From Thermodesulfobacteriota bacterium (lineage in GTDB: Bacteria; Desulfobacterota_D; UBA1144; Nemesobacterales; JAJCZQ01): 64,000 nucleotides of DNA. The notes under the pieces are model-generated. The model was not told where the DNA came from and did no database searches. It saw only the letters and a program-made list of their open reading frames with translations. The position numbers were made by a program, and so were the translations under genes. Where the stretch lies: positions 992,001-1,056,000 of the forward strand of contig CBDBDR010000017.1 of the NCBI GenBank assembly GCA_965203965.1, in the 5' to 3' direction. Positions within the stretch are counted from its first letter, which is position 1. Each line of letters starts with the position of its first letter. Below, in pieces: positions 38,692 through 50,929 of this stretch.

Positions 38692-39625
38692 GATCTACTC
38701 TACACAAATTGCCAGACAACTTCGTCAATTGCTTCTCAGCATGGTAGGAACTTCGGACGAGCGGTCCCGACTCTATATGGGGAATACCGACTATTTTTTC
38801 ACCGTATTGCTTAAGCGATTCAAATTCCGTTGGATGATAATACTTTGACACGGGTATATGATCAATCGTGGGTTGCAAATACTGTCCGATAGTAACAATA
38901 TCACAATTTATTGCTTTCAAATCTCTAAGAGTTTCAATAACCTCATAATAAGCCTCTCCAAGCCCCAACATAACCCCTGTTTTAGTAAGCAACCCACTGT
39001 TTTTAGATCTCTCAAGTAATTCAAGAGACCTTTCATAAACCGCCTGTGGTCGGACGTACCTTATGTTGCCCGAATGCGATCTTTGAGGGTGATTGTATAA
39101 TCTGGGAACCGTTTCCATATTGTGATTCAATATATCAGGTTTTGCCTTGATGACTTCATCAATCGATAGATTATCACCCTTAAAATCTGGTATCAGAACC
39201 TCTATTTTAATTTCAGGATTTTTCTCTTTTATTTCCCTGATAGTCTTAGCAAAAATGCAGGCACTTTCATAATTTTTGTCATCGCGGTTCACAGAGGTTA
39301 CAACTATGTGCTTAATAGATGCGTTGTTCCGAGTAAGTGTTCTCACGGCATCAGACACTCTGCAAGGCTCGTTCCAATCAAGCTCACCACCCTTTCCGGT
39401 CTTCACGTGACAGAAACCACAACTTCTGGTGCACGTATCACCTAATATCATAAAAGTCAGTGTACCAGCTCCCCAACATTCACCTATATTAGGACATTTT
39501 GCCTCTTCACAGACGGTGTTCAACTCCAGCTTTCTCATGAGGCTCTTAAGGTGGTTGTAGTTCTTTCCACCGGGCAATTTGGCTTTGATCCAGCTGGGCT
39601 TAGAACGTGTTTGCATATAACCCAT
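38678..39625 (-). CDS. lipA: Lipoyl synthase
   Basis: TVCEEAKCPNIGECW, CTRSCGFC, GQYLQP, VRSSYHA. Confidence 0.96.
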   Translation of the reverse strand: MGYMQTRSKPSWIKAKLPGGKNYNHLKSLMRKLELNTVCEEAKCPNIGECWGAGTLTFMILGDTCTRSCGFCHVKTGKGGELDWNEPCRVSDAVRTLTRNNASIKHIVVTSVNRDDKNYESACIFAKTIREIKEKNPEIKIEVLIPDFKGDNLSIDEVIKAKPDILNHNMETVPRLYNHPQRSHSGNIRYVRPQAVYERSLELLERSKNSGLLTKTGVMLGLGEAYYEVIETLRDLKAINCDIVTIGQYLQPTIDHIPVSKYYHPTEFESLKQYGEKIVGIPHIESGPLVRSSYHAEKQLTKLSGNLCRVDHEEL

Positions 39626-39628
39626 TAA

Positions 39629-40003
39629 TTAAGTGCGTGGGACTACAAATGGAGAAGATGAAGAACTTTGGGATGTCACAACGTTTGAATTTGTTTCGGA
39701 TGTCTTTGACTTTCTTATATCCGAGAGTTCGTTCTCAAGCTCTTTGATCCTACGGTTCTTATTTTTAATTTCAGAACGTTTACCGCAAGAGCTAAAAATA
39801 CCAAGGAACAATGAAAGAACAACTCCGAATGCAAATGCAAATGCTAATAGTGCATAGTTCTTAACATGATAAACAGGTGTCTGGTAAAGAGTAAGATCAA
39901 GACCAAATTTGTAGTTATGACTGAAAACATCCACATTCTGAAAAACGGCCAGAAAAAAGATGAGAATAATCATGGCTACTATGACGAGTTTTATATATTT
40001 CAT
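39629..40003 (-). CDS. LapA-family membrane protein
   Basis: Two TM segments (FQN after the first), coiled-coil tail; downstream of rpsA-sppA. Confidence 0.65.
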   Translation of the reverse strand: MKYIKLVIVAMIILIFFLAVFQNVDVFSHNYKFGLDLTLYQTPVYHVKNYALLAFAFAFGVVLSLFLGIFSSCGKRSEIKNKNRRIKELENELSDIRKSKTSETNSNVVTSQSSSSSPFVVPRT

Positions 40004-40056
40004 TAATCCACCTCTTAATTTGTAAAAAATTGCCGACAACAATCAATATATTTAAG

Positions 40057-40923
40057 TCAATGAATAATATCAACAATATAAAATAATCCGAAACTGCTGG
40101 ATGAGGGAACCTTTCTAAAGCTATCGATCTGGAAAGACAGATTTAACTTTGAAAACAGCAATTCAGAAAGTGGAGATTTCTTTTCAGGATAGTTCAAAAT
40201 TATAGGTTCGCCCGTAATTCCTGACTGATCGACAGCATAATTGATTGCACTGTTTAGATTGCCAAGTCTATCAACAAGTTTAAGATTAAGTGCCTGTTCA
40301 CCTGAAAATATCTTTCCATCGGCAACTTTCTCAACACTGCTTTTATCTATTTTTCTATTTACTTCAACTGTGCTTTTAAACTGGTTGTGAACATTATCAA
40401 TCAAAGTCTGTATGTAATCTATTTCTTCTTTACTCATAGTTTTAAGGGGAGAACCCAAATCTTTGAAATCTCCACTTTTTACGACCTCAACATCTATTTT
40501 TGCCCATTCAAGCAACTGTTTGTAACTCAAAAACTGTGCAACTACACCTATACTACCTGTTATAGTTCCTGGGTTTGCAAAGATTGAGTCTGCAGCACAG
40601 GCAATATAGTAACCGCCGGAAGCCGCCACGGCACCCATACTTGCCACAACCGGCAACTCGCTTTTTATATCTTCAAGTTCACTGTAAATTTCTTGTGAAG
40701 GTCCAACTGCACCACCTGGGGAGTTTATTCTTACAACAAGTGCTCTTATTGACTTATCTTTTCTAATTGCATCCAGACTTTCCAGATACTCATCAGAGGT
40801 TAGGATAACACCCTCTATGTTTAGTACAGCAACTTTAGGCCCATCACTAAAAATTTTTACAACAACCGAGTATGCAATAAAAACAACAATTAAAGTTAAT
40901 ATTGTCAGAAGAACAAATCTCAA
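40057..40923 (-). CDS. sppA: Signal peptide peptidase SppA (S49)
   Basis: RINSPGG, SMGAVAASGGYY, TGSIGV. Confidence 0.93.
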   Translation of the reverse strand: MRFVLLTILTLIVVFIAYSVVVKIFSDGPKVAVLNIEGVILTSDEYLESLDAIRKDKSIRALVVRINSPGGAVGPSQEIYSELEDIKSELPVVASMGAVAASGGYYIACAADSIFANPGTITGSIGVVAQFLSYKQLLEWAKIDVEVVKSGDFKDLGSPLKTMSKEEIDYIQTLIDNVHNQFKSTVEVNRKIDKSSVEKVADGKIFSGEQALNLKLVDRLGNLNSAINYAVDQSGITGEPIILNYPEKKSPLSELLFSKLNLSFQIDSFRKVPSSSSFGLFYIVDIIH

Positions 40924-40933
40924 AGTTTTCCCC

Positions 40934-42646
40934 TCAGTTATCCAGCGATTTTAGTTCTTCGGCTAGAATATCACCAAACCTTGTATTTGACTCCTGGCTA
41001 GAAGCAACAAAATGTTCCATCTGCTCTTTTTCTCGCTTTTTTTCTAACTTCTTAATGCTCAAGTTTATCTGGTGTCTGTTTTTGTCAAAACCAGTCACTA
41101 AACCCGTCACTTCTTCTCCTATCTTGTATTTTTTACTGTCGTTATCAATCGTTTCAAATTCAGAGTTTTTGTAAAAACCCTCCAATTCATTTTCCAACTC
41201 AACAGTAATCCCATTAGGCTTGATTTCTTTTACCTTACCGACCAATACCGTCTCACCTATCTTGTATTTGCGCTTTACCAATTCCCATGGATTATCGCTC
41301 AACTGTTTAATACCAAGAGCAATTTTTTGATTTGGAATGTCTATATGAAGCAAAGAAACGTCAATTTTTTCCCCTATTTTATCACTGCCATAAATATTCA
41401 ACGGATTTACTCTGCCCTTCCATACAATATTTTCAGGTCTGACCAACCCGACCATGCCCTCTTCAACCTCCACAAATATTCCATGCTCGTTTATATTTTT
41501 TATGGTGCCGTTGATAACACTCCCTATTTTGTGACTACTTCTGAACATCTCCCAGGGAGTTGGCTCAACCTGTTTTAAACTCAACGACAGTTTTTTCTCC
41601 TCTTTGTTTACTGCTATTATGACCACTTCTACAATGCTTCCCTGCTGAACCATTTCTCTGGGATGGCGGAAGTTCTTTATCCAGGCAAGCTCGGTTACAT
41701 GAATCAACCCTTCTATACCGGGTTCAACTTCAACAAAAACACCAAACTCCTTGATTGAAACTATCTTGCCTTTTACCTTCGAGCCCCTTGGGTATTTTTC
41801 CTTAATACTTTCCCATGGGTCAGCAGACATCTGCTTTAGGCTGAGAGTGACGCGATTTCCATCATTCTCTATCTTTACAACCTTCAACTCCAAAGTTTGC
41901 TTTTCGGAGATAGCTTCAGATGGATGCTTTATCCTGCACCATGACATTTCGCCAATAGGTATAAAACCTGTTACTCCTGACACATCAACAAATGCACCAC
42001 TGTCAATTATCTTTACCACTTCACCTGAAGTGTTTTCCCCTTCCTTTAGACAAGAAAGAGTTTGCTGTCTCTTAATTTCTCTTTCTTCTTCAACAAGCAC
42101 CCTTCTTGAAATTACCAAACTGTTGTTGTCATTTTGTATTATCCTGACTTGGATTGGCTTTCCCATAATATTCTCACCCATATCAGGGTAAAGGCTGACC
42201 TGCGAAAATGGTAGGAAAACTCTTAACTGCGACTCTTTATTATTAACATTGCAGAGATAGCCACCCTTTACTTTAGTTGCAGGAACAACGGTTATGGCAG
42301 TTTTTTCCTGAAATGATTTGCTTAGAAATTCTTGTTCTTTTATAAGGTCAGCTTTTCTTTTTGAAACCTTGAAACCCCCAAAACCAAATCTTTCAACAAA
42401 AATATCTACCTCAGCACCAACCTCAATCTCTTTATCATCTCTTCCCCCAAATTCTTCTATAGGGATTATGCCTTCGGACTTGTAACCAAAATCAACAAAA
42501 ACAATGTCCTTATCAACTCTCACAACTGTCCCCTTGGTAATGTTTCCCTTTTCCTCATCTTCACGGATATTGAGACTTTCTTCAAGCAGATCTTCAAAAC
42601 TTTTCTCTTTATGCTCGTGCTGTTCCTGAGTTTTGTTTTCTCTCAT
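40934..42646 (-). CDS. rpsA: 30S ribosomal protein S1
   Basis: Repeated S1 domains (FGVFVE...EGLIHVTEL); cmk-rpsA synteny. Confidence 0.93.
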   Translation of the reverse strand: MRENKTQEQHEHKEKSFEDLLEESLNIREDEEKGNITKGTVVRVDKDIVFVDFGYKSEGIIPIEEFGGRDDKEIEVGAEVDIFVERFGFGGFKVSKRKADLIKEQEFLSKSFQEKTAITVVPATKVKGGYLCNVNNKESQLRVFLPFSQVSLYPDMGENIMGKPIQVRIIQNDNNSLVISRRVLVEEEREIKRQQTLSCLKEGENTSGEVVKIIDSGAFVDVSGVTGFIPIGEMSWCRIKHPSEAISEKQTLELKVVKIENDGNRVTLSLKQMSADPWESIKEKYPRGSKVKGKIVSIKEFGVFVEVEPGIEGLIHVTELAWIKNFRHPREMVQQGSIVEVVIIAVNKEEKKLSLSLKQVEPTPWEMFRSSHKIGSVINGTIKNINEHGIFVEVEEGMVGLVRPENIVWKGRVNPLNIYGSDKIGEKIDVSLLHIDIPNQKIALGIKQLSDNPWELVKRKYKIGETVLVGKVKEIKPNGITVELENELEGFYKNSEFETIDNDSKKYKIGEEVTGLVTGFDKNRHQINLSIKKLEKKREKEQMEHFVASSQESNTRFGDILAEELKSLDN

Positions 42647-42656
42647 AACGGTTGCC

Positions 42657-43349
42657 CTACGTTGATGGTTTTCTCAAGACTTTCATTATTTTACCCGCAA
42701 TCTCGTGAGGGGAAAATTTTGTGGTATTTATTATTACAGCATTAATTGACGGATACAAGGGAGACTCTTTTCTCTCCATGTCCTGCTTATCCCTTTTTAT
42801 TATACTTTCCAATACTTCATCATAGGATATTTTTACATCTCCTCTACTTTCAGCTAATTCCCTGAATCGCCTTCGAGCTCTTTCCTCAATTTCAGCATTC
42901 AGAAAAAATTTATGCTTGGCTTCAGGGAAGACACGAGTACCCATATCCCTACCTTCGGCGACCAGACCACCTTTTAGCTTTAGCACAAATTGTCTCTGCA
43001 AACCCTCAAGATACTTTCGCACGTTCCTCATTCTGGCAATATCTGATGAAAGCTTTGTCACCTCAGACTCTCTTATCTTATCCGTAATGTCCGTGTTGTT
43101 TATAATGTATCTCATCTTGCCTTTTTCATCTTTTCTTATCTCAAAGGTAAGGCCGTCCAACAAACCTCTGATAGCTCCCTCATCATTTGTGTTTACTCTC
43201 TTGTCTTTGATTGCCACAGCCACGGTTCTATACATCGCCCCGGTATCCAGATAGAAATACCCCATATTATCTGCAACTATTTTTGCAACTGTGCTTTTAC
43301 CGGAACCCGCGGGACCGTCAATGGTGATAACATCGTTTCTCAAAATCAC
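42657..43349 (-). CDS. cmk: Cytidylate kinase
   Basis: ITIDGPAGSGKST, LDTGAMYR, EGRDMGT. Confidence 0.96.
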   Translation of the reverse strand: MILRNDVITIDGPAGSGKSTVAKIVADNMGYFYLDTGAMYRTVAVAIKDKRVNTNDEGAIRGLLDGLTFEIRKDEKGKMRYIINNTDITDKIRESEVTKLSSDIARMRNVRKYLEGLQRQFVLKLKGGLVAEGRDMGTRVFPEAKHKFFLNAEIEERARRRFRELAESRGDVKISYDEVLESIIKRDKQDMERKESPLYPSINAVIINTTKFSPHEIAGKIMKVLRKPST

Positions 43350-44665
43350 GACCCTCTTAATCGTTCAAGGGTTTGAAAAAATCCTGGGTAGGAAATATTC
43401 ACACAGTCTGCCCCGTTGATAATGGTCTCACCCTTTGCCCTTGTTGCAGCAATGGAAAGCGACATTGCTACTCTGTGATCACCCCAGCTTTCACATACCG
43501 AACCTCTTAGGTTTTCTGTCCCCTCAATTATCATGCCATCTTCAAGTTCAGTAACCTGCACACCAAATTTCTGCAACTCAAACGTCATGGCTTTAATTCT
43601 ATCAACTTCCTTAACTCTCAACTCTTTTGCCCCTGAAATTATCGTCTTTCCCTCTGCAAAACATGAGGCAACAGCTATAATCGGAAGCTCATCTATGGTT
43701 TTTGGAATTAAATCGCCCTTGATCTCAATCCCTTTCAAATCACTGCTTTTAATTAAAATATCGCCCACGGGTTCACCGCACTCTTCCCTTTGGTCCAGCA
43801 CCTTAATATCTCCACCCATTTTAATTAACACCTTTATAATTCCCGCTCTTTCACTGTTAAGTCCAACGTTATTTATGAGCAATTCGGATCCATTGTTCAA
43901 AAGTGCACCAACCATAAAAAACGATGCCGAAGATATATCCGAAGGTATTATAAGGTTGGCGGCTTTATATTCACGGTTTTCCAAAACGGCTGTCTTATTA
44001 CCTGATACATCAATATTCACCCCAAAGTGGCGTAGCATCCTTTCGGTGTGGTCCCTGGTTTTTTGTGGCTCAATTATTTCTGTTATACCGTCAGCATACA
44101 GCCCCGCCAGAATTAAAGCGGATTTAACCTGAGCACTTGCAACTGGTAGTTTGTATGATATTCCTTGTAGTTTTTGTCCTTTGATACACAGAGGAAGATT
44201 GTTCTTGTTTTTTTCACCTGAAAATTCCGCACCCATCAACTCCAGTGGTCTTACAACTCTTTCCATAGGACGTTTTTTCAGATACCTGTCCCCCGTGATC
44301 CGGGAGGTAAAAGATTGTCCACTTAGTAAACCTAACAATAATCTCGCAGTGGTACCGGAATTTCCTGCATCTATGGCATTTGTCGGCTCGTTCAATCCCC
44401 TTAATCCCCTGCCTCTGATAATTAGATCTGGGTTACCAGATTTCTGCTCAAATCTTACTGGAACATTTTCTATTTCTGTTCCAAGGTTTGCAAGAGCCTT
44501 CAAGGTTGAGAGTGTATCCTCACTGTTCAAAAATCCCCTTATTCTTGACCTACCATTGGCAATCGCACTTAAAATAGCTGCCCTGTGAGAAATAGATTTG
44601 TCCCCAGGCGGGATAAATTCACCAATAAACGGGCCTTTGTTTCCTGATATTGCTGCCTTTGTCAC
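43346..44665 (-). CDS. aroA: 3-phosphoshikimate 1-carboxyvinyltransferase
   Basis: PGDKSISHR, GNSGTT, ASAQVKSA, ELRVKE.DR, DHRVAM. Confidence 0.96.
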   Translation of the reverse strand: MTKAAISGNKGPFIGEFIPPGDKSISHRAAILSAIANGRSRIRGFLNSEDTLSTLKALANLGTEIENVPVRFEQKSGNPDLIIRGRGLRGLNEPTNAIDAGNSGTTARLLLGLLSGQSFTSRITGDRYLKKRPMERVVRPLELMGAEFSGEKNKNNLPLCIKGQKLQGISYKLPVASAQVKSALILAGLYADGITEIIEPQKTRDHTERMLRHFGVNIDVSGNKTAVLENREYKAANLIIPSDISSASFFMVGALLNNGSELLINNVGLNSERAGIIKVLIKMGGDIKVLDQREECGEPVGDILIKSSDLKGIEIKGDLIPKTIDELPIIAVASCFAEGKTIISGAKELRVKEVDRIKAMTFELQKFGVQVTELEDGMIIEGTENLRGSVCESWGDHRVAMSLSIAATRAKGETIINGADCVNISYPGFFQTLERLRGS

Positions 44666-44712
44666 AGAAAACTTAGACTACCACAATGACAAATGGTAAC
44701 AATTTTTATAAA

Positions 44713-45108
44713 TCAGGAAATGATTATATTGCTGTCTTTAGGTTTTGCTCCTTCACCAGTACCTTTTTGTCCAGACTTTGCCTCAATTAGTGCAAACAAC
44801 CTATTTTTAAAGCCTTCTTCAAAAGCACATACAGAAGGAATTATGAAACCCAAGAGGGCTACCTGAAGAAAAAATTCCGTATTTGCAATAAGAAACTCCT
44901 CTTTATACTGACCACCGTAAGATTTGGAGAGATTCTCGTATATTTGTTGTCCCAACTCCGGAGCCACCTCTGCCACGCTTTTCAGATGAGCGGAAGACTG
45001 GTTAGCGGCAACCCCCATATTGAACGCCATTGTGACGGAAGTCATTAAATCCGTTTCCGGAGATTGAGATGTTTTCTCCTCTTTTTTCTCATTGTCTTTT
45101 TCAGCCAT
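44713..45108 (-). CDS. Hypothetical protein
   Basis: Clean ORF; ATG 45108 preceded by GGGGGT. Confidence 0.6.
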   Translation of the reverse strand: MAEKDNEKKEEKTSQSPETDLMTSVTMAFNMGVAANQSSAHLKSVAEVAPELGQQIYENLSKSYGGQYKEEFLIANTEFFLQVALLGFIIPSVCAFEEGFKNRLFALIEAKSGQKGTGEGAKPKDSNIIIS

Positions 45109-45237
45109 GATGCGACCCCCGTGGACAAAGCACTCTATATTGCAATGCAAATTTAGGTTATATATAGTATATTCATACTCTTGGAATTAGCAAATATGCC
45201 TCTTGTGTATTAAACACTCGCTATTTAAGTATATCCC

Positions 45238-45738
45238 ATGACAGCTAAACAGTTGATCACCCGACTGGGTTTGAAACCACTTAAAAGAGAAGGGGGATAT
45301 TATTTTGAAACTTTTAGAAGCGGAGAAAAACTGGCGGCTCCAAACCTTCCTGAAAGGTATGGGACTGACAGGTGTCTCTCAACAGCAATCTACTATCTTT
45401 TGACATCAGAAACCAGATCTGAAATCCACAGGGTTTTTTCCGATGAGGTTTTCCATTTTTATCTTGGCGATCCCGTGCAGATGCTTCATTTGAATCCCAA
45501 TGGAAGTTCCAATATTTTTTTCCTTGGTAACAACATAACATCCGGGCAGAGGCCTCAGGTTGTAGTCCCAGCAGAAGTGTGGCAGGGCTGTAAACTGGTG
45601 GAAGGGGGAGAGTTTGCCCTAATGGGAACAACCGTTGCCCCAGGGTATGAACCTGCAGATTATGAACATGGAAACAGAAATGAATTGATTAAAATGTTCC
45701 CTCAGCATGAAAAAATTATCAATGAGCTAACAGAGTGA
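45238..45738 (+). CDS. Cupin domain protein (DUF985)
   Basis: EGGYY.ETFRS, STAIYYLL, DEVFHFYLGDP, GTTVAPG. Confidence 0.9.
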   Translation: MTAKQLITRLGLKPLKREGGYYFETFRSGEKLAAPNLPERYGTDRCLSTAIYYLLTSETRSEIHRVFSDEVFHFYLGDPVQMLHLNPNGSSNIFFLGNNITSGQRPQVVVPAEVWQGCKLVEGGEFALMGTTVAPGYEPADYEHGNRNELIKMFPQHEKIINELTE

Positions 45739-45744
45739 AAGATC

Positions 45745-46212
45745 ATGATTAATGATGAACTTGAGTATGCAGGTTTTTGGAGCAGAGTTTTGGCAAGTAT
45801 TATAGACTATTTTTTGCTGTTAATAATTTCCTCACTACTGCTTTTTTATATTTACGGAGAGGAGTATTTTTCACAAACAGAATATTTTCTTGCCGGTCCT
45901 GCGGATTTTGTCATTCTCTATTTGTTTCCATTCCTTGCCACTGTTCTCTTCTGGATCTATCGCCAAGCCACACCGGGTAAAATGGTTATTTCAGCAAAGA
46001 TCGTTGATGCCCGCACGGGAAAAAAACCTTCAACAGGTCAGTTTATAGGCAGGTATTTGGGGTATATTCCGTCGGGCCTATTCCTGGGCATGGGATTTTT
46101 ATGGGTTGCTTTTGATAAACAGAAACAAGGCTGGCATGACAAACTCGCCGGCACAGTGGTAATTAGAAATCGGATTAAAGTGGAAAAAGTTGAATTTGAA
46201 AAAGCTACTTAG
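45745..46212 (+). CDS. RDD family protein
   Basis: [29 protein letters not shown]. Confidence 0.92.
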   Translation: MINDELEYAGFWSRVLASIIDYFLLLIISSLLLFYIYGEEYFSQTEYFLAGPADFVILYLFPFLATVLFWIYRQATPGKMVISAKIVDARTGKKPSTGQFIGRYLGYIPSGLFLGMGFLWVAFDKQKQGWHDKLAGTVVIRNRIKVEKVEFEKAT

Positions 46213-47083
46213 CCTCAGCTATAGCTTCTTTTAACGTCTGCCCTATTTCAGCAGGGCTTTGGGCGGTTTTTACCCCTGCTTCGTTAAGTGCTTTAAATTT
46301 ACCCTCTGCACTGCCTGAACTTCCTGATATTATAGCTCCTGCATGCCCCATCCTTTTGCCCTTGGGTGCCGTCGCACCTGCTATAAAAGCAGCCACGGGT
46401 TTTGTAATACTCTCGCTTATAAAAGCTGCTGCTTCCTCTTCATCACTTCCACCGATCTCACCTATTAGAACAATCCCCTCTGTGGCAGGGTCGTCCTGAA
46501 ACAATTGCAACGCATCTATGAAAGTTGTGCCAATTATGGGGTCGCCTCCAATACCTATACACGTAGATTGACCAATGCCAAGCTCAGTGAGTTGCCAAAC
46601 TGCTTCATAAGTCAATGTTCCACTCCTGGAAATTATGCCGATTTTACCCGGCGTGTGAATATATGCGGGCATAATTCCAATTTTTGTCTCACCAGGGGTG
46701 ATAATACCGGGACAATTGGGACCAATCAGTCTTGAATCCGAGTTTTTAAGCGCATCCTTTGCCTTAATAATATCCAAGGTGGGAATGCCTTCAGTGATGC
46801 AGATAATTAATTTCACATACGCAGAGGCAGCTTCCAGTATTGAATCCAGAGCAAAAGCAGCGGGAACAAAAATTAGAGATACATCAGCATCTGTATGTTT
46901 CACAGCTTCCTCAACTGTGTTGTAAACCGGAAAACCTTCCACTTCGGAACCACCTTTGCCCGGGGTAACACCACTTACGATCTGAGTCCCATATTGCCTG
47001 CATTGAGTTGCATGAAATAAACCCTGACTACCTGTTATTCCCTGCACTAATACCTTACTGTTCTTGTCTACTAAAATACTCAT
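46205..47083 (-). CDS. sucD: Succinyl-CoA ligase alpha subunit
   Basis: [36 protein letters not shown]. Confidence 0.97.
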   Translation of the reverse strand: MSILVDKNSKVLVQGITGSQGLFHATQCRQYGTQIVSGVTPGKGGSEVEGFPVYNTVEEAVKHTDADVSLIFVPAAFALDSILEAASAYVKLIICITEGIPTLDIIKAKDALKNSDSRLIGPNCPGIITPGETKIGIMPAYIHTPGKIGIISRSGTLTYEAVWQLTELGIGQSTCIGIGGDPIIGTTFIDALQLFQDDPATEGIVLIGEIGGSDEEEAAAFISESITKPVAAFIAGATAPKGKRMGHAGAIISGSSGSAEGKFKALNEAGVKTAQSPAEIGQTLKEAIAEAK

Positions 47084-47167
47084 CTACTATAACTCCTGAA
47101 TACCAAAAAGTGTGCAATTTGCGGAGCAAAATAATAACACGTCAATTTTATTGTTCAAACCCACGGG

Positions 47168-48037
47168 CTACTCTATGTTCTGTATCTGCTCTCTGATCTT
47201 TTCCAATTCTGAACGGAGATCAATTACATGGTGTGAAATTACTGCATCTTTGGATTTGGCAGAAATTGTCCCAGCCTCCCTGTTCATCTCCTGAACCAAA
47301 AAATCAAGCTCTTTTCCTATGGGCACGCTTTTTTCCAGAGTTTCAGTGAATTTTTCAATATGAGCGTCAAGCCTGACAAGTTCCTCTGTTATATCACTTC
47401 TTTCTGTTTGAATTGCAATTTCCTGATATAAACGTTGGTTATCAACGCTTACATCTTTCAATAGAGTTTCCACTTTTACCTTGAGCTTTTTGAATGCCTG
47501 TTGTGAAAAATTATTTCTTTTTCTCTTGACCCTTCTCACATGAGATTCACATATTTTAATTCTTTTAATGAGTTCTTTTTTTAGTTTTTTCCCTTCGTTG
47601 CCCCTGTTTGCGTCTAAGTTTTTCAGCGCCGCAATCAATGTGTCCCTGACTTTAACTAAAGATGACTCTGATAATTGATCATTAAAATTATTGGCAAAAA
47701 GCTCTTTGAAAGCCAACAGGTGATTGAGACCTACTTCATCTTTTATTCCCAGATCGGAAACAAAACTTTTGAGATCTTTGGTAAATTGCTTGCCCATTTC
47801 CTTGTTGAAGTTGGAAAATCTGCCATTTTTACTTTCTATTAAAATTACCACTTTTAGCTTGCCCCTTGATATACCCTTTTTAATAAGTTTTAAAAACTCA
47901 TGCTCAGATGAGTTGAGAGAGTCAGAAATTTGGAGTTTGCAATCTAGGAAACGATGGTTCTCTGACCTTATTTCAACTAAAACTTTGCCATTATTTATTG
48001 ACCTTTCACTGCTTGAATAACCCGTCATGCTTTTCAT
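47168..48037 (-). CDS. yicC: YicC/YloC family endoribonuclease
   Basis: KSMTGY, NHRFLD, DITEELVRL, LDFLVQEMNRE, KIREQIQNIE. Confidence 0.93.
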   Translation of the reverse strand: MKSMTGYSSSERSINNGKVLVEIRSENHRFLDCKLQISDSLNSSEHEFLKLIKKGISRGKLKVVILIESKNGRFSNFNKEMGKQFTKDLKSFVSDLGIKDEVGLNHLLAFKELFANNFNDQLSESSLVKVRDTLIAALKNLDANRGNEGKKLKKELIKRIKICESHVRRVKRKRNNFSQQAFKKLKVKVETLLKDVSVDNQRLYQEIAIQTERSDITEELVRLDAHIEKFTETLEKSVPIGKELDFLVQEMNREAGTISAKSKDAVISHHVIDLRSELEKIREQIQNIE

Positions 48038-48177
48038 AATTAATTCCCTAGACTGGCAAAAATAGTTCTGAACCTACAACAAAGTGCTTGCTCACCGGTG
48101 ATTATTTCTTGATATTTAATTCCTGCAAACTATTTTATACAGATAACCCTGATTATCATAGATAATAAAGTACATTG

Positions 48178-48615
48178 ATGAAATATCTTACAGCTTTCTT
48201 GCTGGTATTCTTATTTTTTCTCAACTCCTGCGTGCTGACACATCAAAAAACCCCCACGGGGGTGGTAATCACTTTTCATGAAGCTCTCAAGAATGAAGAT
48301 TATGGAAAGGCTTATGACCAGATATATACTTTCTTTTCGGACAAGGAAGGTTACGTAGGCACAATGAAGAATACTTCGGAGAAGCTTCAGACCAGGCTGA
48401 TTAGCTACAAAGTGCTTGGAACTCAAATTTTTAAGTATAGTGCAATAGTGGTTGTAGAACTTCAGACGGACAGGAATATAAACGGTAACACTGAAAAAAC
48501 AATTACAAAACAACAATTTGATCTCAAACTATTTGAAAATAAGTGGAAAATTATAAAAGGAAGATGTATTGAAAACTGCCCGGTAAGTAGTGAATTTGAG
48601 GTAAAAACAAAATGA
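48178..48615 (+). CDS. Hypothetical lipoprotein
   Basis: Signal peptide with LNSC lipobox; ATGA overlap with dapB. Confidence 0.7.
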   Translation: MKYLTAFLLVFLFFLNSCVLTHQKTPTGVVITFHEALKNEDYGKAYDQIYTFFSDKEGYVGTMKNTSEKLQTRLISYKVLGTQIFKYSAIVVVELQTDRNINGNTEKTITKQQFDLKLFENKWKIIKGRCIENCPVSSEFEVKTK

Positions 48616-49412
48616 TCAAGGTAGCAGTATGCGGTGCCGCGGGCAGGATGGGTAAAAGCATTCTTAATTCTTTGTTCAATGACGCTGAAATGGAGGTGGT
48701 AGGGGCAACCGAGTCAAGCGGTCATTCACTGGTGGGAAGTGATCTGGGACTTATCGCAAACTCAGCGGGCAAAAATATACTCATAACTGACGATTTAAAT
48801 TCAGCGTTTAAGGATGCTGACGTCGTCATTGATTTTACCACCACCTCATCAACCCTCCTTATAGGGGAGAATTGCAGTCGTAATAAAAAATCCCTTGTAA
48901 TTGGAACAACAGGATTTTCAAGTGAAGAAAAGAAAAAATTGGAAAAGAGCATTGAAAAAGTGCCAACTGTAATTTCACCTAACATGAGTATTGGGGTAAA
49001 CCTTGTTTTTGAAGTCTCAAAATTTTTAGCTGACCGTCTTGGAAATGAATTTGACATTGAAGTAATGGAGACTCACCACAGGGACAAAGTTGATGCACCA
49101 AGTGGAACGGCACTTAAGCTGGCGGAGTCAGTCGCTGAGGGACGCTGTATTGATTTGAATAAATATGCAAAGTTTGAAAGATATGGAAACACGGGCAGAA
49201 GAAAACAAGAGGAAATAGGCATACAAACTTTAAGGGGTGGGGATGTTGTAGGCGACCACACCGTAATGTTTCTCGGCAATGGAGAGAGGATTGAACTTAC
49301 ACACAGGGCTCTCAGCAGAGAGAACTTTTCCAGAGGTGTTTTAAGAGCTGCTAAATGGATTATCGGAAAACCCCCGGGCATATACAGCATGAAGGATGTA
49401 TTGGGAATATGA
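48612..49412 (+). CDS. dapB: 4-hydroxy-tetrahydrodipicolinate reductase
   Basis: GAAGRMG, VIGTTG, ETHHRDKVDAPSGTA. Confidence 0.96.
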   Translation: MIKVAVCGAAGRMGKSILNSLFNDAEMEVVGATESSGHSLVGSDLGLIANSAGKNILITDDLNSAFKDADVVIDFTTTSSTLLIGENCSRNKKSLVIGTTGFSSEEKKKLEKSIEKVPTVISPNMSIGVNLVFEVSKFLADRLGNEFDIEVMETHHRDKVDAPSGTALKLAESVAEGRCIDLNKYAKFERYGNTGRRKQEEIGIQTLRGGDVVGDHTVMFLGNGERIELTHRALSRENFSRGVLRAAKWIIGKPPGIYSMKDVLGI

Positions 49413-49435
49413 AAGCGGAACACCTTTTTATTTGA

Positions 49436-50928
<1,493 letters not shown>

Positions 50929-50929
50929 A

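Noticed and set aside
43533..44588. Long antisense ORFs (e.g. 43533-44132, 44151-44588) and similar ones elsewhere
   Set aside because: Shadow frames of well-supported genes on the opposite strand.
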